Source: a virus
IMG/VR virus record: IMGVR_UViG_3300044630_002434
Span: 1 to 64,000 of that record
Reading direction: 5' to 3' (one strand)
Length of the DNA stretch: 64,000 bases
The position numbers and the translations under genes were made by a program. This document shows, one piece after another, positions 39,354-49,487 of the stretch (position 1 is the stretch's first letter; each line of letters opens with the position of its first letter). The notes beneath the pieces are model-generated. The model searched no databases, was not told the DNA's origin, and saw only the letters and a list, made by a program, of their open reading frames with translations.

Positions 39354-39656
39354 TCAAGTTGATTTAATAATTACGAGTCCCGTGTCCTGCGTTTCAAGTC
39401 CATAGCCCTCAGACAGTTCTTCTTCTAGCCATTGAGTTGAGTAATCAAAAACATAAAACAAATCTCTTTGCATTTCTTCGTCTGACTCTCCCGCAAAAAA
39501 ATTCAGTTTATCTTCTTCCCAGATTTCGGTGTTGATGTCATACCCATACTTCATAGCAAGTTCGACTACCGCAATCTGAAACCTGATGTGCGGGTCAGGT
39601 AGTTCACTCTCGTACCTAACCCACACGCCTAAGTCTTTCTCTGTGACCTTAATCAA
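39354..39656 (-). CDS. hypothetical acidic protein
   Basis: 100-aa ORF overlapping upstream gene. Confidence 0.6.
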   Translation of the reverse strand: MIKVTEKDLGVWVRYESELPDPHIRFQIAVVELAMKYGYDINTEIWEEDKLNFFAGESDEEMQRDLFYVFDYSTQWLEEELSEGYGLETQDTGLVIIKST

Positions 39657-39909
39657 CTCTTACTTCTTTCTCTCCTTGTAGTAATCCGCAAGACGAGCAA
39701 GGATAGTCGTCAATGTTGATGTCGTACACAAATCGGTGTTCGCAGTCTACACGCCAAATACCGTAGCACTCACAAACAAAACAACGGTGCTTGTCCTCGC
39801 CAAGTTCGATTACTTCATCTCGCTGGATAATCCAATTACAATCATCACACCGAAAAGATTTCACTTTTTCGTTCGAGTTGTTGCTGACAAAAATCCACTC
39901 TTCTGCCAT
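39649..39909 (-). CDS. Cys-rich protein
   Basis: Three CxxC pairs. Confidence 0.6.
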   Translation of the reverse strand: MAEEWIFVSNNSNEKVKSFRCDDCNWIIQRDEVIELGEDKHRCFVCECYGIWRVDCEHRFVYDINIDDYPCSSCGLLQGEKEVRVD

Positions 39910-40136
39910 TAGAACACTCTCCCGTACTCGTTCATAACTACTCCCCCGCCACCGCTAGGTGATGTAACTTCCCATTGTTCGTATGGTGTTGGGTCGTAAT
40001 TATCTCGGCACTCTTTACACCACAGAATGTCCATTCTGTCGTACTTCTCAAACATTTCCACTTTTGGGAAATCTTGTTCGCAGTCCACGCAGAAATCGTT
40101 TTCTGCTGGTATCTCAATTCCAAGCCATTGTGTCAT
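39909..40136 (-). CDS. small CxxC..CxxC protein
   Basis: MTQWLG start after AAGGGAG. Confidence 0.6.
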   Translation of the reverse strand: MTQWLGIEIPAENDFCVDCEQDFPKVEMFEKYDRMDILWCKECRDNYDPTPYEQWEVTSPSGGGGVVMNEYGRVF

Positions 40137-40197
40137 TTTGTTCTCCCTTTTCTTTATCGCCCTTTGCGATAGTTCTATCTTACGGACTTTTCTAACT

Positions 40198-40445
40198 TTT
40201 GTCAAGTTAGTCAAAATACTCTATGACAACCGCGCCCACGAAAGAAACCGCACCAATTACTAGAGTTGCGATTAGGTAGGTAGGTGTTATAACTACTGGC
40301 TTTAGTAATCCAATAAACATAAGTTGTAGTTCCAGTAATGCCAATGGCAATGAGCCAATAGCAACATAAGTTAGTACGGCTTGTAAGTTAAATAAAAACA
40401 TCTTGCTCTCCTTTTCTTTATCGCCCCTTGCGATAACTCTATTAT
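40198..40445. repeat. 248-bp direct repeat, copy 2
   Basis: Identical by inspection to 33742-33989. Confidence 0.93.
40207..40401 (-). CDS. 64-aa two-TM membrane protein, copy 2
   Basis: Identical to 33751-33945. Confidence 0.75.
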   Translation of the reverse strand: MFLFNLQAVLTYVAIGSLPLALLELQLMFIGLLKPVVITPTYLIATLVIGAVSFVGAVVIEYFD

Positions 40446-40771
40446 TCCATAAGGATTGACATTTGTCAAGCCTAGTTCGCTTCCGCGATAGCGTGTCGGC
40501 GTTGGGCAGACCTATCGCGGTTACGGCGTGTACGCCTATCCGCAAACTTTGCAGACTTCTGGTTTAGGACATAGTGTCCCGAACCTGTCACTAGATTGTC
40601 TAGTGGACTCTTGCGCTTAGCCATCTCTGACTCCTTTCAATAAATCTATTGTAGCACACTTCCCTGACATTTGTAAAATTACCCGCGCAAACTTTTAGTA
40701 AAAAATTTCAGTTATGAATTTTAAGAAAAAAGAAAACCTCGCCCTTTCGGGTGAGGCTCTCTTTCTACCTA

Positions 40772-40975
40772 CTAGACGGAAACTAACCGCCATTGTAGTT
40801 CCTCGAAACTATGGTGAGTGCGTAAGTCTTTGCACTCGGCTAGACAGTCTACGCAGACCTCAACTTCCGTTGAGTAGACAACTTTGCCTGAACCAACCAC
40901 ATCATACTGTGCCTTTACTATTTCAAAAGTGTTTGCTGACTCTACTCCGCAAGTGGCACATTCTAAGTTACTCAT
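40772..40975 (-). CDS. small Cys-containing protein
   Basis: CATC..CVDC; cassette promoter at 41036. Confidence 0.6.
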   Translation of the reverse strand: MSNLECATCGVESANTFEIVKAQYDVVGSGKVVYSTEVEVCVDCLAECKDLRTHHSFEELQWRLVSV

Positions 40976-41412
40976 TTTGTTCTCCCTCTATCAGTCACTC
41001 CCTGCAACTTGATAAATCAAGTTTAACATACTTACCTGACATTTGTCAAGTCACCGCGTGTTCGGCGTGTCGCAATTTTGTAGCACCCCTTTCCCTAAAA
41101 AATTTCAGTTATGAAAATAAGAAAACCCCACCTTTCGGTGGGGCTTTCCTTTGGTGGCTACTTACTTGGGTGACGGTGCATAGCCGAGTGAAGGTTGAGA
41201 TAACCCAACACATCATTACGAGTTAGGACTTCGCGACCCTGCGAGCAGGTTGGGCAGATAACTAACTTGCCTAGTCCTAGTGAAACTAGTGTGCGCTTTA
41301 GTGTATTCACGCTTTTCTCCTTTCCTTATGTAATAATTGTATCATACCTTTATGACATTTTCTGTATTTCGAGAAAATAAACCCCGCCCGTAGGCGGGGC
41401 TTATTTTAGTGG

Positions 41413-41604
41413 CTAACTAACTTGCACCACTTTTAGTTCCCGCGCGTAGCGAACCAATACTTTGTAGCCTAAACGCTTTGCGTCAGATTTATTTAGGTAT
41501 TGACCCGTGTAAGACTGAAAATCCAAATCGGCGTTCCAATCTGCTTTCACTTCGGCTTGAGATTTGTATTCTCTGCCGTATGCTGGCTTTGCTTCAATAA
41601 ACAT
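41413..41604 (-). CDS. conserved phage hypothetical protein
   Basis: PAYGREYKSQAEVKADW...DF. Confidence 0.7.
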   Translation of the reverse strand: MFIEAKPAYGREYKSQAEVKADWNADLDFQSYTGQYLNKSDAKRLGYKVLVRYARELKVVQVS

Positions 41605-41758
41605 TTGTGTCCTCCCTTCCGTTAAAACTATTCTAGCGTACTTACCTGACATTATCAAGTTAAACGCCAATTTATTTTTTTCCTCGTGTTCATAACTGAA
41701 ATTTTTTAGCGAGGCGACAAAAAAATCCGCGCAATCTTCCGCGCGGGCTTCTTTGTGT

Positions 41759-42034
41759 TTAGTATTTGTAGGTGATGTTTAGGTATTGGTACTTGTAAGG
41801 AATTGTGACTTCCCTGCGTACTGGCTCTTCATCATCTTCGTCAAAACTTTCGTCAGTTTCGTAGCGCACTAGGATTTCGCTATCCTCTAAAGTCACTTCG
41901 ATTAACTCGGTAGCGCGGTAATCATCTACATAGTTTTTCCATTGACTAGTAATGTCCGCGATAGCGGTGTCTAGTGTGTCGTACAACACTTCGCCGTCTA
42001 GTTCGATAATGTCTACTGTTCTAACATCTGACAT
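41759..42034 (-). CDS. hypothetical acidic protein
   Basis: Promoter at 42091, AAGGGA RBS. Confidence 0.65.
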   Translation of the reverse strand: MSDVRTVDIIELDGEVLYDTLDTAIADITSQWKNYVDDYRATELIEVTLEDSEILVRYETDESFDEDDEEPVRREVTIPYKYQYLNITYKY

Positions 42035-42157
42035 TTTGTTCCCTTTCTTTTGCAACTCCCTGTTGCTAGTACCTAGCGTACACTACTTCCCTGACATTTG
42101 CAAGTTGAAAGGGGGGCGAGTTTCCCCGCCCCCTTTTCGTGCGCCCCTTAGCGCGGA

Positions 42158-42631
42158 TTACCACGAACTATCGTAGGCAAAACTCCAGCCCTCTGGGACT
42201 TTAGATAGTATGCGCCCTAGTTGGACTAGGGTGTCCTCAATCTGTTCCCAATACCACTCGTCAATTTCAATCGAGCCGTAGAAGAAACCTACTTGAGTTG
42301 GTAGCAATTCTTCCGCCACTTCTTTGCTCTTGCTTGTCCAAACTTTCATACAGACATCATTAAGTTCCTGCAACTCTTCGCGAGTGACATAATGCTCTTT
42401 GCAATTATCCTCGCCGTCTTGCACATTGTCCACGAACCATTGGTGTATCTGGTTAGCCTTGCGCCAGTAGCCAACTTTTACATTGACTGAAATTGACGGC
42501 ATCTCCTCGTTCTCAAAATCGCCCGTGCCAAGCACTTCCGCAACTTTTGCGTATGCTTCTTGCTTTGCTTGCTCTTGCCACAAACCACCTGATAGGTAGT
42601 TAGTCGCATAAAGGTACTGGTCTAGTCCCAT
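42158..42631 (-). CDS. conserved phage hypothetical protein
   Basis: MGLDQYL...YWRKANQIHQWF...LLPTQVGFFYGS...YDSSW. Confidence 0.8.
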   Translation of the reverse strand: MGLDQYLYATNYLSGGLWQEQAKQEAYAKVAEVLGTGDFENEEMPSISVNVKVGYWRKANQIHQWFVDNVQDGEDNCKEHYVTREELQELNDVCMKVWTSKSKEVAEELLPTQVGFFYGSIEIDEWYWEQIEDTLVQLGRILSKVPEGWSFAYDSSW

Positions 42632-43031
42632 TTTAGTTTTCTCCTTCTTGTTCTTCGATTACTTCTACATAAACTTCGTCTTTTTTGTAGGTTTCAATTT
42701 CAGAGAAGAAACGATTTTTAACTTCAATTTCTATCTCTTGGTCGGTAAGGTTTTCACCTTTTATTTCAATGGTGATACTAGCCGTACAGATGTAGGTAGT
42801 CATTGTATTTCCCTTCTGTAAGCAAGTCCCTCTTGCCTACTCTGTAAGTGTATCATACTACTCTGACATTTTCAACTTGAACGCGAAACTATTTTTTCCG
42901 CGCCCGCCCCCGTAAAAAATTTCAGTTTTGAAAAATAGAGAAAGCGCGAATCTCTCCGCGCTCTCTCATTTGTTATTCGACTTCATTATCCGTAAGGATT
43001 TGCTCTACTAAATACTCAACCGTGTATTCTA

Positions 43032-43328
43032 TTATCGTACCTCGTACTCTCTGCTGACACCGTGGTATTCATAAAGGTTTAAGCCGTTGCTATCGCACTC
43101 TAGGCAATACAGTTCGGTATCGGTGACATCAGTAATGTCAAAATCTTCTGACAGGATTATGTCGCCGTTCTCATCTACTGTTGTCTTGTATTTATTCGCG
43201 ACAGACATGTAGTAATTTAAGTTGTGTTCTGGGTAATAACCCTGCTCGCCTTCACAAGTTTTGCAGAACGGTGTGCAGTCGAAACCGCCCCCGTGTTCTG
43301 GACACTCAATCATTTCTTGTTCGCTCAT
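43032..43328 (-). CDS. Cys-containing hypothetical protein
   Basis: CPEHGGGFDCTPFCKTCEG. Confidence 0.65.
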   Translation of the reverse strand: MSEQEMIECPEHGGGFDCTPFCKTCEGEQGYYPEHNLNYYMSVANKYKTTVDENGDIILSEDFDITDVTDTELYCLECDSNGLNLYEYHGVSREYEVR

Positions 43329-43422
43329 TTTGTTTCCCTTCTTAGAGTGAGTCCCTCTCGCTCTATGATAAGTATACGCCCCTAGCCTGACATTTGTCAA
43401 ATCAGGGGCGCATACCGCGTGT

Positions 43423-43653
43423 TTAATCTTGATGTGTCGTGTCTAGTAGCCGTGCAAGGCTGTCCTCAACTTCGTAGAGTCGGCTATGCATTTGGGGGTC
43501 GTCGCCTTCGCGTGGCTTGTACCACTCGTCGCCTGTCCAAACCTGACCGTCATAAAACTTTGCGTCAGTCGTTTCGGCATCTACAAAAAACTTCTTTGCT
43601 TCTGGGTCATACCTAACAACAAAGTGCATCTCAAAATCTAATTCGCTCATCAC
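43423..43653 (-). CDS. hypothetical protein
   Basis: Third of three coupled small ORFs. Confidence 0.6.
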   Translation of the reverse strand: MMSELDFEMHFVVRYDPEAKKFFVDAETTDAKFYDGQVWTGDEWYKPREGDDPQMHSRLYEVEDSLARLLDTTHQD

Positions 43654-43871
43654 AAATCCTCGCCGTTTTCGTCTTGGAAGATTAGGTCGCCTAAATTATT
43701 TTCGTGACCAAATCCGCAACCAAAATCCTCGTTTACCCAGCCCTCTATGTATTCCATAATGTCTGGCAGACTTACGTTAGTTCTACCTTGCTCTTGTAGT
43801 TCAGCAGTAATCCGCTCAACGTCATAGGTGACAACTTTCATCACATTTATGCGCTTTGGTAGTTCGCTCAT
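43650..43871 (-). CDS. hypothetical protein
   Basis: Coupled ORF ending LIFQDENGEDL. Confidence 0.6.
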   Translation of the reverse strand: MSELPKRINVMKVVTYDVERITAELQEQGRTNVSLPDIMEYIEGWVNEDFGCGFGHENNLGDLIFQDENGEDL

Positions 43872-44059
43872 CACGCCACTTCCTCTTCTACTTGCCACGC
43901 ATCGGCAACCTGTGTTCCGTTGCTTTCGGTAATGTAATCTGACTCTGGGCTATTCATTACAATTTCCCAGCCTATCTTTCGCGCCTCTTGCTCGCTACTG
44001 GCTTCCACCTGTAATGAGTGAGTCAGGCGTTCGTCTATGCGTACTTCGTACTTAGCCAT
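43871..44059 (-). CDS. small protein with VEASSEQEA motif
   Basis: Promoter at 44116, AAGGGA RBS. Confidence 0.65.
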   Translation of the reverse strand: MAKYEVRIDERLTHSLQVEASSEQEARKIGWEIVMNSPESDYITESNGTQVADAWQVEEEVA

Positions 44060-44239
44060 TTTTTTCCCTTCTCGGTAAGTCCCTCTCACCAATAACTCTA
44101 TAATACACTACTAGCCTGACATACGCAAGTCGAACACGAAATTATCTTTTCCCGCGCCTTCGCTGAGTCCGCCAGAAAAAATTTCAGTTATCGCTAAACC
44201 AAGAAACCCCTAGCCTTTCGGCTAGAGGCATCTTTTGGA

Positions 44240-44416
44240 TTAAGCGGTGATGAGTCCCTCATCTATCAAGGTGCTGGCAATCCTGCCGTAAGAACCTTGC
44301 AGTTGCCACGCTAGTCGCGTATCAACTAGTTTCTGAAACAAGTCAATCGTTTCTTCTCTGTCGAGAGTTCCTTCCTCAAACGCGATAATGAGGTTTGTTA
44401 TGTTGTCTAGTGACAT
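44240..44416 (-). CDS. conserved small phage protein
   Basis: LFQKLVDT.LAWQLQGSYGR.A..LI..GLI. Confidence 0.75.
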   Translation of the reverse strand: MSLDNITNLIIAFEEGTLDREETIDLFQKLVDTRLAWQLQGSYGRIASTLIDEGLITA

Positions 44417-44509
44417 TTGCTTCCCTTTCGTATTCGCCGTACTTCGGCTTATGTAATAAGGATACACTAAACCCCTGACATTTGTCAAGGGCTTAGTGTC
44501 CCTGCGTGT

Positions 44510-44791
44510 TTAGGCTACTTCTTCTTCTTCGGCATCAGGGCAAGTAACGCGCCCCCAATAAACGATTGTGTCGTACCCCATTGAGTCGGTACTGCTGTTG
44601 CTGATTAGTTCATCGCGCAGTTCCTCATCTTCTACTAGGCGTGAGATTGCTACGCCAAGTTCTAACAGATTGTGCGCCACAATACCTACGCAACTATCGC
44701 CGAACATTCCGCGCCCTGAATAATCGGCGCGTACACTTCCTTCAACTTCTTGAGCAATTTCTTCAAGTAGTTCGAGTGAGATTGTAAACAT
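44510..44791 (-). CDS. conserved phage hypothetical protein
   Basis: DYSGRGMFGDSCVGIV...DSMG...IVYW. Confidence 0.75.
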   Translation of the reverse strand: MFTISLELLEEIAQEVEGSVRADYSGRGMFGDSCVGIVAHNLLELGVAISRLVEDEELRDELISNSSTDSMGYDTIVYWGRVTCPDAEEEEVA

Positions 44792-44951
44792 CTTGCTCTC
44801 CTTCTATCAGTAAGTCCTTCTTGCTGATAAAACTATTATAACATACTTCCCTGACATTTGCAAATTAAGATTTTTAGCGCGTGTCGCCCTAAAAAATTTC
44901 AGTTTTGCCAAACAAAAAAATCCGCGCACTTGGCGCGGACTTTTTGTGAGG

Positions 44952-45263
44952 TTAGCGTTTCGAGCATTCCTCGTCGTGTTCAATTTCGCCCTCGTACTTG
45001 TCTGTTATTGAGTAACACTCTTGACAAGTTTCTATTGGCATCAACTTGTATTTGTAAACCGCGCTGGCTTCGTTATCGTCCAGTAGCGACTCCGCGATTT
45101 CGTCTGTCCAGTTCCACCACTTGCTAATAATGCTTTCGGCATCTGCGTATTCGTTGTGCTGTAAGTCGAAAGCAAACTTGCCAACTACTGTCGCAAACCT
45201 AATTGAATCCATTTCGGCTATTGCGTGGTACATACGCCTTGCGTTAATTGTTTCTCGACTCAT
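44952..45263 (-). CDS. hypothetical protein
   Basis: Promoter at 45321, AAGGGA RBS. Confidence 0.6.
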   Translation of the reverse strand: MSRETINARRMYHAIAEMDSIRFATVVGKFAFDLQHNEYADAESIISKWWNWTDEIAESLLDDNEASAVYKYKLMPIETCQECYSITDKYEGEIEHDEECSKR

Positions 45264-45355
45264 TTGAGTCCCCTTTCGTTTTGTCGTATTTCGACTATGA
45301 GATAAGGTTACACCCAACCCCTGACATTTGTCAAGGGCTGGGCTAACCTGCGTGT

Positions 45356-45670
45356 TTAGAGATTATTTAGTTCTATGTATTCGTAGGCTTTCTCGAAAGA
45401 CTTGACGACACTTTCTCTAGTTGCATCTAAGTCCTCAACAATAAAGTCCAGATACTTTTCATTAGCGTGGTCAATCAGGTAAGCAACATACTTTCCTGTA
45501 TCTGGGTTTTGGTTGAAACAAAACTCAAGCCCATCTTTTGGAAACGCGCTGGCTATGTAGCCAACCCCTGCGTCAAAGGTGTAAGCCATAAAACGAGGGT
45601 CAGTAATGCTTGCTAATAGTTCGCGCTGGTCTTTTGCATCTTGCGTTATGTAATCTGCGTGAGTATTCAC
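45356..45670 (-). CDS. hypothetical protein
   Basis: Promoter at 45734. Confidence 0.6.
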   Translation of the reverse strand: MNTHADYITQDAKDQRELLASITDPRFMAYTFDAGVGYIASAFPKDGLEFCFNQNPDTGKYVAYLIDHANEKYLDFIVEDLDATRESVVKSFEKAYEYIELNNL

Positions 45671-45906
45671 TTTGAGTGTTTATCCTTTTCTGTTAGTGAC
45701 TTTCACCAACAAGTACCACTTTAGCAGATTACCCTGACATTTCCAAATCGAGATTTTTGATGCGTGTTGCGGTAAAAAATTTCAGTTTTGCGCAAACGAA
45801 AACCCGCACCGAAAAAATTTCAGTACGGGCTTCGCTTAGAAACTGTCGGAAGGCTGACACACGCTGGAAGGACGATACCCCCCGACAGGGCTTATGGGTT
45901 ATTCAA

Positions 45907-47715
45907 TTATCCGTTACGGTTTCCCATAGCGGTTAGTGCTTTCGCACACGCTTGTCCGATAGCGTTGGACGCTTCCGTTGGAGAAGTCACTCCGCTTAAC
46001 GGCTCTACCGTTGTCCCCCTTAGGAGACTTCTGGCACTAGACCCGTTGTCGAACGGTATCCATACTACCGCAACGCCGTTACTCTCACATTGCGACACCC
46101 AACTCCTTGCTTTCTGGGACTCCTCATAGGTGAACACGCCGTCCGATACCACAACTAGAAGCCTAGCACCGTCGCCGTTAAGCAGATTTAACTCGCCGTC
46201 TACTGCCTTGAACGCCTTGTCAAACTTTTCAGTTCCGTCTGGCGCTGTGTAGACCGTTACATCCGTTAGGTGCTGACCACTCTTAAGGGTAGGGAACACA
46301 TCGTCACCGTAGTAAACCATCGCGCACTTACCTTGCACTCGCCGAGTTGCTTCCGACATTACCCACGCCGTTGTCGCCATCGGTTGCATAGCCGAGTTCA
46401 TCGAACCGCTAATGTCTACCAGCACGCCGACCTTTAGTGTTGGCTCGTCCGTTGTCTTGCGGACTCGCTTACGCCAAGGTTGCGCCGTTGGTTGCACGCC
46501 GATTGATTTGTGCGCTTCGTTCTGGATAGCCGAGCGAGTTCGTAGCCGTCCACCGGGGACAATGCTACGCACTTCGATAACATCGCGCTCGCGATACTTC
46601 GCACGCTCTAGTGCGCTCGCCACTTTCACCGCGCTAATGCGCTCGTCTGCCGTAGGCTTGCGAACCTCTATTGCGCGACTACGAGTACGGCTAGAGTCTG
46701 ATGGACCAGTGCCACGCCCGAAAACTTCTTGAGCAACTTTAATGTTCTCACGACTTTGCTTTGCACTGTCCGCGCGATTCTTAACTTCGTCTTTCCATTC
46801 CTCTGACTCCTCTTGGTCAGCAAGTTCGGAGTAGTTAGATACCGCAACATTGTCAGATGCTTCTTTCAACCTCTCAAGTAATTCTTTTAGTGCTTCACCA
46901 ATTTCAGATGTGGATTCGCCACTGCCACCAGAAGTGCTTTCGCTACCAGACGTATCCTCGCCACGTTCGTTTGCAAGGTCACGAATAATCTGTGCCCACT
47001 CACGCGCTAGAGGATAAACAGGTTCTAGGTTTCTGTGGTCTGTGTGTGTAATGAAACGCTCGATAACATTAGATAACTTTTCAACAGTTTCGTTGCCTAA
47101 GTATTCCTCTACAAAATCTGTAACTTCTAGAACATCATCGCGCTCTAAGATTCCACCAATGATTCGACCATGCACTAGTCCAACTAAAGTTGCAATGTTT
47201 GAAACAGTGCCTTGCGTTAAATCTGATGATTCAAAATCTGCGATAACAATTTCCATCGCGCTTGAGCGTAGGAATGCGCGATACCTAGCATCAAGCAAAA
47301 TACCTTGTGCTTCGATTCGTGTTTCCTCGAGTAGCATTAGTGCTTCGTATTCGTCTGACTTTAATGCGTCATAAGCAGACTCTAGACTCCACTTTGAGAA
47401 CCGCGCGTGAAATGCTTCGTGCATCACTGCGCCAGTAGCCTTTGGGAATTCGTACTGCGTTGAGCGTTCGTTGATGTCGCCAATGTGTTCTGGCTTAATG
47501 CCAAACCCAAAAGCAATTTCTGTGTTTACTTCAATCTCTGCAATCGCTGGTTTGTAGCACGCTGGCGCATTGCTACCTGCAACAGGAGATGCAAGCCCAA
47601 CTAAATCGCTACGACCTGCTACGCCATTTGCTAGTTGTGCAATCTGCGAACCAACTGCGTACCATTCTGGATGTCTATCTCCAGAAGTCTTACTATGTGT
47701 GTCAATGTGTGCCAT
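45907..47715 (-). CDS. VWA domain protein with N-terminal HExxH (CobT-like)
   Basis: HEAFH, LEETRIE, MIDAS DISGSM, GTE, VVSDG. Confidence 0.85.
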   Translation of the reverse strand: MAHIDTHSKTSGDRHPEWYAVGSQIAQLANGVAGRSDLVGLASPVAGSNAPACYKPAIAEIEVNTEIAFGFGIKPEHIGDINERSTQYEFPKATGAVMHEAFHARFSKWSLESAYDALKSDEYEALMLLEETRIEAQGILLDARYRAFLRSSAMEIVIADFESSDLTQGTVSNIATLVGLVHGRIIGGILERDDVLEVTDFVEEYLGNETVEKLSNVIERFITHTDHRNLEPVYPLAREWAQIIRDLANERGEDTSGSESTSGGSGESTSEIGEALKELLERLKEASDNVAVSNYSELADQEESEEWKDEVKNRADSAKQSRENIKVAQEVFGRGTGPSDSSRTRSRAIEVRKPTADERISAVKVASALERAKYRERDVIEVRSIVPGGRLRTRSAIQNEAHKSIGVQPTAQPWRKRVRKTTDEPTLKVGVLVDISGSMNSAMQPMATTAWVMSEATRRVQGKCAMVYYGDDVFPTLKSGQHLTDVTVYTAPDGTEKFDKAFKAVDGELNLLNGDGARLLVVVSDGVFTYEESQKARSWVSQCESNGVAVVWIPFDNGSSARSLLRGTTVEPLSGVTSPTEASNAIGQACAKALTAMGNRNG

Positions 47716-47849
47716 CTCTGGCTCCTTCCTTTGTACGCCCCTTTGACGTACTCTGTGAGTTTATCATACCTTTCTGGAATCTCCAAATTGGGGTAGGGGA
47801 GTCGGAAAACACTCACGAAAACCGACTCCCCCTTTAGCAAGGAAAGGGA

Positions 47850-48881
47850 CTAAATCCTTGCTGGCTTATACTCCGCACCAAACACTCGCGACAAAACATC
47901 TGCCACGATTGGTCTGTCCATCTCTGGTGCAGAAGCAAGTAAGTTCGAGATACCAAACGGAACCCCGAATGTTGTAACGATGTCGCGAAACGCTAGGAGT
48001 TCGCGCATCTGTGGAGCCCAAGATACTTCACCAGACTCTTGCTTCTTAGCAAGGTTCTGCGCAACAGTAACTAGGTTGCTAGGTACACCTAAGGTGCGAG
48101 CAAGTGACCAGTCAGTTGCCATCTCTGCTTGAACAGTAAAGCGAGATAGTAACGCTTCTGAAAGTCGTACCCCCGGAGCATTAGGGTTAGTTGCGCCCAC
48201 GACATAGAAGTCAGGGTGAACCTTGACAGTACCTCTATCTGGATTAGCAGTAACAGTAATTTCGCCACGTCCATCCATTGCGCCATACAAACCTGAAAGT
48301 TGCTTAGGGTCAATCAGACCAATTTCGTCAATAAACAAAACCGCACCTTCCTCTGCTGCTCGTACAAGTGGACCATCTACCCACTCGAAACCACCTGATG
48401 GATTCTGTACGAAACCACCAAGGAAGTCTGACATTTCAATGTCAGCAGTTCCAAGCACTGTGTACATGTTTCCAGCAAACGCTGCTTCGACTAATGCAGT
48501 CTTACCAGTTCCCGGTGCGCCATAAAGCAACGCGAACATTGGCGAACCAACTTTGTCTGTAACAGCCAAGGTAGTTGCTTCACGAGCCTTGCGTAGTGTC
48601 GCAACATCTTGATGCTCGCCCCAAGTTCGAGCGTGGTACACACTTCCATTTGGGCGAGTGTATTGACTACCACTTGACTCAAGTGTTACACCTGATGTTG
48701 TGATTGGTGTCGCTACGCGAGCCACGCGAGGTGCGCGTTCTACGAAACGACCTTGTGGTGATACCTGCGAGATTACTCTCATAGATGCTTCTGGTGATAC
48801 TGACTGCGCAACCATGTCGTCTAACATGGAAGTGAATTCAGTTCCCCACTTTGAATAAATTTCATTTTCTTTGATGCTCAT
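47850..48881 (-). CDS. MoxR/CbbQ/CobS-type AAA+ ATPase
   Basis: GAPGTGKT Walker A, WVDGPL, LFIDEI Walker B, ATNP, LSEALLSRF. Confidence 0.9.
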   Translation of the reverse strand: MSIKENEIYSKWGTEFTSMLDDMVAQSVSPEASMRVISQVSPQGRFVERAPRVARVATPITTSGVTLESSGSQYTRPNGSVYHARTWGEHQDVATLRKAREATTLAVTDKVGSPMFALLYGAPGTGKTALVEAAFAGNMYTVLGTADIEMSDFLGGFVQNPSGGFEWVDGPLVRAAEEGAVLFIDEIGLIDPKQLSGLYGAMDGRGEITVTANPDRGTVKVHPDFYVVGATNPNAPGVRLSEALLSRFTVQAEMATDWSLARTLGVPSNLVTVAQNLAKKQESGEVSWAPQMRELLAFRDIVTTFGVPFGISNLLASAPEMDRPIVADVLSRVFGAEYKPARI

Positions 48882-48897
48882 AATTTTCAGTCCCTTT

Positions 48898-49365
48898 CTA
48901 CGCTGTGAACATTTCTGGATAAGATAATGCAGTTCGAGTCTGATTGATTCGATGCACGACCTTAGTTGGAGTCTTGCTGTTTGTTACGTCAGTCAAGTCT
49001 TTCTGTGAAACTTCCACAAAAAATGGCTTGCCAACGATTGTGCTACTAATTGAAACGCGCTTCATAAGCCACGCTAGTGTCTCAATTCGTCCCTCGCGAT
49101 GTTCATCTGATGTAGACCCTGTTACTGGGTCAACAAGTTGACGCTGGAGTGTTTGTATTTTCCATTGCTTCTTTGGTTGTGAAACCGAAAGACGACGATA
49201 GTAAGCACGTGCTATTGAGAAATTTCCATGTTCGTTCCAACCATCTGGTGTAATGAACATCTGAAAAATCTGATGGTATTCATTTTTGAATTCCACATAC
49301 AAGGCAGTGCCTTGTACTTTCTTTTCTGGGTCTGTAAGCAGACCAAGAGGTGTTTCTAGTGACAT
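48898..49365 (-). CDS. hypothetical protein in AAA-VWA operon
   Basis: ORF directly upstream of the ATPase. Confidence 0.6.
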   Translation of the reverse strand: MSLETPLGLLTDPEKKVQGTALYVEFKNEYHQIFQMFITPDGWNEHGNFSIARAYYRRLSVSQPKKQWKIQTLQRQLVDPVTGSTSDEHREGRIETLAWLMKRVSISSTIVGKPFFVEVSQKDLTDVTNSKTPTKVVHRINQTRTALSYPEMFTA

Positions 49366-49487
49366 GAGTGTTTCCTTCCCTTTATGTCTTTGTCCCTGTG
49401 ACAAGTCTTACTTTAGCATAACTCTATGATGTAGTCAAATCGGGGTAGGAGTTTTTCTAAGGAGACCTACCCCGACCTGACCCCTAA

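Noticed and set aside
32026-44488. Upstream ORF-track starts such as MTNVR, MCLTNVR and MAFNLIMSG
   Set aside because: They translate the repeated promoter (TTGACAAATGTCAGG); real starts lie downstream behind RBSs
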